A stretch of 64,000 bases of DNA from Macrostomum lignano. Lineage: Eukaryota. The notes under the pieces were generated by a model. The model saw only the letters and a list, made by a program, of their open reading frames with translations, had not been told where the DNA came from and did not search any database. This document shows, piece by piece, positions 57,990 through 64,000 of this stretch. The first letter of the stretch is position 1. Every line of letters starts with the position of its first letter. The DNA lies in assembly GCA_002269645.1 (NCBI GenBank), contig NIVC01002320.1, forward strand, positions 62,001 through 126,000, given 5' to 3'. The translations under genes and the position numbers were made by a program.

Positions 57990-59659
57990 TTGAGTCAGCT
58001 TGCGGGGCCCTCACACTGCGAGAATAGGAGGGCACAAGGATGTACGAGTATAAGCCACAAGAAAGTTGGAGTCAAAAGCTAATCTTCGCTTCGGCTTGCA
58101 GATTTCTGCTCTGGAGATTGGATGACAAAATGTTCAGATATCCCCATCGGCTCCCTGTTCCCCACTCGACCTGCCTGCGTGTCTAGACAGGGTGGAAGGA
58201 CAGGCAGGCAAGGCTGACAACGGGGGAGCGGCTTCTGCTGTCGCTGCGGGATAGAGGGAGCAGATAGAGGGAGGAGATAGAATGGGCCGGCAGGGAGGCG
58301 GCCATGCGACACACTCGTAGGGCTGCTGTATGGGCGATGCCGCGGATGCCGCCAGGGATTGACAGCTGCGCGTTAGAAGCCTGCCAAATGCCGTAGCAAT
58401 GTAGAGCAAAGGAAGAGAGGACTGCATGCGCCTCACTGGCCCCAATCATTGTGGCAGCGCAGAGCCTGAGTAGACAGAACTATGGCAGATTCCCAATGCT
58501 AAGCACTTTAGCCCAATATAGAGAGTGGAGAGCAGGTTGGTGAGGTGGAATTTCCATTGACCTGGAACTGATGTCGAAGCTCTTCTCTCTCTCTCTTTTC
58601 TAATTTTGGACTGCCTCAGCCCGTGCGGACCCGGATGCAGAGAGAGTCTCGACCACTTCGCACAGCGTTTAACTCCTTATAACTTTTTGTACCCTCGTAG
58701 CTTATGAAGTAAAGCATTGAAGGATGAAGGTGAAAGCTTAGGAGAAGGAGGCTGGAATCTTGTAGTTTCGTTGTTCAATGATTGCTAGTCTGCTTTCCCC
58801 GTCAGTTAACTGGAGTTAGAAAAGGCAATTCGCAAATTTCAGAATTCCACAAATTCGCCGGCAAGCTGAACTGGCTGTCCATCTTCCATGCGGGGCGATG
58901 AGGCCGCCATTTTCGGAATCCCCTGCTGGCGGAAGAAATTTGCGAACTTTTAAGAAATGGCCAAGCAAATGGCGAGAGAAAGGCCGAGAGACGGGGCTTG
59001 GCAAGAACTCTTCGCTGACGATAAACAGGTGCGGCCAGGTGTGCGAAATCCGCCTCATTACCGACCGGCTTGCGTGTGGCCGCGCAGCTTCCCATGCAGA
59101 ACTTTTTCCCACTTCTGCCCATCCCCGCTATCTTCACCGCTCCTGACATGGGCGAGGAAAAGAGCGACAGAAAAGTATGAAAATAAAGTTTGGGAGGAGG
59201 GAGATTTGCGATTAAGATTCGAGCGGAAAAAATCCCTCATTTTGCGGTGAAGAAGAACCTTGGTCTGCCCGTTCTGCCTGTCCTCTTGTGGCAACAGTTG
59301 GCTTCAAAGCTCTTCCAGAAGAACTTGCACTCTTTTGTCGCAGAGTGCAGTTGGAAAATTCTTGGCTCGCGAGAGTGGAAGGCGAAATGAAAAGCAAACA
59401 GAACCCAAAAATGCGCTGAGCGAGGCAAAACAAATTCCTGGCGGCAATTTTCTGGCGACATTGTTGCTTTTAATTGAAAAGAAGATTTGTTAACTGTGTC
59501 CCAGAGGCGGCGCAAAAGCGCTGCGCATTCACTGGCCGGTTGAACGATTGGACCAGGGGGTCGGCGAACTCCGGCCAAGGCCACAAAGCCTCTCTATCCG
59601 GCCCTCGGGTCCTTTGAACTTCACAATAGCAATCCGGCCCGCTCAGGGTTTGTGTCTCT

Positions 59660-60050
59660 TCTCAGCTCCTCTCCTCTACTCTCCTCTCCTCTCCTCTCCT
59701 CTCTCCTCTCCTCTCTCCTCTCCTCTCCTCTACTCTCCTCTCCTCTCCTCTCCTCTCCTCTCCTCTCCTCTCCTCTCCTCTCCTCTCCTCTCCTCTCCTC
59801 TCCTCTCCTCTCCTCTCCTCTCCTCCCTCTCCTCTCCTCTCCTTTCCTCTCCCCTCTCCTCTCCCCTCTCCTCTCCTCTCCTCTCCTCTCCTCTCCTCTC
59901 CTCTCCTCCTCCTCTCCTCTCCTCTCCTCTCCTCTCCTCTCCTCTCCTCTCCTCTCCTCTCCTCTCCTCTCCTCTCCTCTCCTCTCTTCTCTGCTCTGCT
60001 CTGCTCTCTTCTCTCTCCTCTATTCCCTTTGACCCTCTCCTCTCTCCCCT
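59660..60050. repeat. (CTCTC)n microsatellite
   Basis: Seen directly. Confidence 0.97.
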
Positions 60051-62274
60051 CTGGCCCGCAGTAATGCCACTAGATTTTATCTGGCTCCAAATGTAAAAAA
60101 TTTTGCCGAGCCCTGGATCATTCGAGCGTTCATTAGGCATCCAAGACTTCACAAGACTACAGTAGAGGCTTATAACTATTTGGCAGTGTGAAATTTCGGA
60201 GATCACAGGGAAATCATGTCTCTGTACTTAAGCATCGGATGCCAGCTAGAATGCTTCACTGCCGGTTGCTTTGCTTCTCCTAGAAGAACAAGTAGAAACT
60301 GAACTGGGCAAATGATAGAACTCCATTCGTCCCTGTAACTAGGCTAGATCAGAATCTTCTCCCTAACTGCTTGTCAAAAAGCAGATCCGGAGGTAAGAGC
60401 CGTGCACTTTTCTACCCTAGAACATCTAGCTGCCAGCATATTGCAGGCTTTCAAGGCACTTATTATTTCTACGAAGCTGCATGCAGGCTAGCTAGGGGAG
60501 GGCTTTTCAGCCAAGGATTCTGCGTGATTTACCGGACGCTAGGGACAACAGCTTCATCATATGCATTTCAGTCGGGTGGCTGCTGAAAGTCAGGGAAGGA
60601 AGAAGAGGAGAAGGGATAATAATAATTAGTTCTCAAGGTAAGCTGGGCAGCCTTGCCATGAGGGTTTTCTCCCGCACGTCACCAACAACTTATTGGAATG
60701 CGGGTCGCGAACTGATTTGCATGCAGCTGTTTCCATCACCGCTCTCCGCAAGAGTCCTGTAGCTGGGGCTAAAATCAATGAATCCATATGCCATAGCAGG
60801 GTTTGAGTAACAGCTCAAGCGCTGAGTGCGATCCCGTGTTTCTCTTGCTTGCCCACGCCGCTGCAGCCAGGAGTCTGGGAGTTAATGAGCCGGGCTGCTT
60901 TCACCCGTGAGCCTGCTTCACGCCTGACCGCTCACAACAGAGAGAGAGAGAGAGCAATGGAGATTGAGGCTTGTCTCTTACTAATAGTCGGTTCTTTATA
61001 TTTGTGAGGCCTCTTTAAGATTGTGTGGAGATCCCCCGCATTGAATTCCGTGTGTAATAAAATTGAGGGCCACGCTGGTCGAACGAGAGTCGCACGAGAT
61101 TCGCTACAGATATTAACCACAGATCCCCATCCCCTGCTGAAAATGCAATTCCCAATTCTGTGACTGGAACGGAAGCCGCAATCAATCATGAAGCCTCGGC
61201 CGAAGCGAGTCGAGCACAATGGTTACAAGTGAGGAGCTCCATCTCTCACTTTCTCTCTCTTCAGGGCTCTGAGCAGAATCACTCAACCAGCGCGTGACGC
61301 CGCTCGCATATTCGGCTTGGTCAAGCGAAAGAGAGAGGGGAGAAGGGAGAGAGGCTTAGAGGAGCAAAACTCAGACGGACTCACCTGGATGTTGAGAGCT
61401 GCCCGTTCTGCTGTTCTTCCCTGACTCGTGGGTCTCAAGCGCCAAGCGTCCCGATCTGCAGAGCTGGACAGGTGCGAGGATGCCTGCGGTGTCACAGGTT
61501 GCTCCCAGGCTTGACCAGTGGATAGGAAATAACGGTTAAAGACTGCAGTGATGGATACAATTTGAAAAGTTAAGCCTTGGTTTAGCTGATCGGGGAGGCG
61601 GGCGAGGGCGTGGTGTTCCCTGTTGGCCGACTGAAATACCTCAGATGAGTCGTTCCGGGTGGGAAGCCTGACTGCTATGCACTCGCTTCCCCTTTCTCTC
61701 CGCCAATCTCCCCCTGTCTTTGGCCATCTAGATCTAAGCAAAGAAAGGCTTTGCGGGAAGGAGGAGGGATAGCGATCAGCCAATCAGAGCCCAGCTGGCT
61801 ACGCGGGAACAGAACGCACGGAAACTCGAGTGCTTTGTACACTTCCCCAAGGCCGGCCATGCAAAGGTATATCAAGGAAGTGAGAAGAAAGAGAATTATA
61901 GAAGGGTTAGAACAATTTTCTATCGCTCACCCACCCCGGGAAGCTCAGAGCTACTTTTGTCAGGCGCGTGAGTCACTCTCCTGACTGGCAGAGAAACAAG
62001 TGCATGTGTACTGCATGCGGCTCATGCAGGAAGGGAACTGGGGCCGGTGGTTGTCTCGGCCAGACTGGGTGAGGGGGCGTGAAGGAAGAGAATTGACAGC
62101 GGGGCAGAGGAAATTGCACTCTCTAAATTTAATTTGCTAAAGCCATAAAGTGCTGAGGTGAAGTTCTGTCACTCTTTCTAATCCTGTTCACCTGTCCGTT
62201 GCTGGCACAGCAGGGGTGGCATTAGTCATGCGGCCACCATGAGTGAGTAAGTCAAAGTAGGGACGCTACACTCT

Positions 62275-62443
62275 ATTCTCTTAGAAACGAGCGGGAGACC
62301 GGTAAGAAACGGATTTTTATCGACAGATTTTGTCTATGGTGGAATCCCATTAAGCGCTATGCGTTCTACAGAGCATACCGAATGCACAGGCGATATGACA
62401 GACATTCGTTCTTTACCGACATCCAGTTCGTTTCTAGGAAAAT
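62275..62443. mobile_element. ~170-bp foldback/MITE-like element
   Basis: TCTTAGAAACGAGCGGGAGACCGGTAAGAAACG is an imperfect inverted match to CGTTCTTTACCGACATCCAGTTCGTTTCTAGGA, with further internal pairing. Confidence 0.5.
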
Positions 62444-63799
62444 CGATACGCGTCCTTCTAACTTCGGCTGTGCATAGAGTTCAGAAAAATGGAGTTCAGA
62501 AGACCTAAATTCATGTTTTTTAGTTTTACATAACTCAGTAACTCATAGTTGCTGCAATAAGGGACTTTCGATCATCATGTGCATACTGCCACTCACTCGC
62601 ATACGTGCTACACCTTGGGGGACGGGCCCTCATTCCGCCCCAATTCTGAGGTTATCCTCATAGTTTTAAAAATCTTTTAGCTTGCAGCATACTCATATAA
62701 CTGCATAAATTTGCTAGCTGTGCGGGAAAGCTGGACCAGTTCCAATATTATTGATCATTGGTACAGGCATGCAAGGATTTTGCCAATGCAAATTTAACAC
62801 ATTGGGAATTGCATAATCAAACTGCCTTCTCAAGTAAACAGGATTAGGCAGGCCAGATGCCCCGAGTGGGTGACTCATCGCACTGCACAAACCTGCTATT
62901 GGATGGGCGGGTCGGTGAAGCTGCCTGCACTGCATCATTCCCGCGCGGCTGCGGAGTCCCAGAGTTGCACTGATGGAGAGCCTCGGAGACAGCAAAGTGG
63001 AGCTCAAGTTTCCCAGAATTTCTCTACCGCCTGCCGCTATAACAGGGATTGCGTAATAGGAATGCAAATGATGAAGCTGTCAGCCTCTCTATTTATTTGA
63101 ATGGCTCTTCTGCTGGCGCATGGGATAGATCCTCTTGCCTTAAAAGCTCCCCCATCAACTGTCATATAGGCGAGCAATAGCTGGTCAATCAAATAGCTAA
63201 ATGCATTGCAGTCAGGAGAGGTTGCCTCTGTCGCCGAAGCATTGAGTATAGAGTATAGAGAGCCCTCCTGCTAGTATGCTAAGGATTGTACAAGCGGAGT
63301 GAACGGTAACTAAACTTTCAAGGGCAACATACAGCGCTATGCTCATACGAACTGAGACCAAGAACCCCCCCCCCAACCCGAGCCTCGTGCAAGCTGTAAA
63401 TATAGTTTACTCCAATTCAATCAAGCCAACTAGAGCACAATGAGCCGAGATTAAACAGCTTTCCACATATAGAATCGATAGCCGTATGGGTGATAATTGT
63501 GCATCAGTATCGTCATCAGTAAGCAATTCTAACACATGCATGCTGTATTCGGGAGCATAAAATTAGAGTCTGAAAAACAACCTGATTGACAAGTAGCTAG
63601 GCACAGCTGCAGAAAACCGCGCTAGATCGGGTTGCCAAGGCTTGCTGATCAGTGCACCCCTCAAACTAGCTGGTCAAAATGCGCACAGCTGGCTGCAGTT
63701 CGGTTGATGATTATTTATTGTTGACTAAGTGAGACGAACACAGATTGTGTCCTGAAAGTCCTCCAATCCAGCCCAGTGCTGCTGCTCTCCCCGTGGGTC

Positions 63800-63950
63800 T
63801 ACGACGTTTGCCTGCGGGACGTTTGCCAGCCGACATTTGCCAGCCGACGTTTACCAGCCGACGTTTGCCTGCGGGACGTTTGCCAGCCGACATTTTCCAG
63901 CCGACGTTTACCAGCCGATGTTTGCCTGCCGGACGTTTGCCAGCCGACTT
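63800..63950. repeat. 14-nt-based minisatellite (GTTTGCCAGCCGAC)
   Basis: Direct repeats with alternating variants. Confidence 0.85.
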
Positions 63951-64000
63951 TTTATTTTTATTAGTATTAGAGGCAGGGGGGTTGTGTGCACCCTGGCGCA

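Noticed and set aside
58079-63100. Numerous 60-170-aa ORFs on both strands
   Set aside because: No recognisable motifs or phase-consistent exon chain. Some may be UTR exons of the 552-aa gene, but I cannot support a model.

Overview
Eukaryotic, intron-rich and satellite-rich animal DNA with TTAGGG-type repeats. Its style resembles a free-living flatworm such as Macrostomum, but that is an unverified inference. In order: (1) a tandem pair of ~1.93-kb units with interstitial telomeric repeats (1-3776); (2) a nearly intact Ty3/Gypsy element with 5' LTR, tRNA-iMet PBS and a -1 frameshift pseudoknot, but no 3' LTR (3777-~8130); (3) three tandem, diverged copies of a many-exon type-I membrane receptor gene (9401-17235, 22269-30554, 34384-42723), interleaved with Penelope-like and LINE fragments. 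I rebuilt this gene by hand from GT-AG sites: signal peptide, an F-type-lectin/F5-8C-like domain, 8-10 atypical Ig-like domains, TM and cytoplasmic tail. Copies 1 and 2 share one tail (YYYEE, PxLPxR, EFYVQ). Copy 3 has an unrelated TM and tail with an ITIM-like motif plus an ITSM, and lacks two Ig domains. Copy 2 has disabling lesions mainly in its 3' half. The cluster resembles a Siglec/KIR-style paired-receptor family and is the main candidate for an undescribed system. (4) A three-exon HLH gene not evident from the ORF track (44588-47182, minus), a dense minisatellite field (46-56 kb), a 552-aa low-complexity orphan ORF (56331-57989, minus) and small repeats. All domain calls are by eye, not from database searches.
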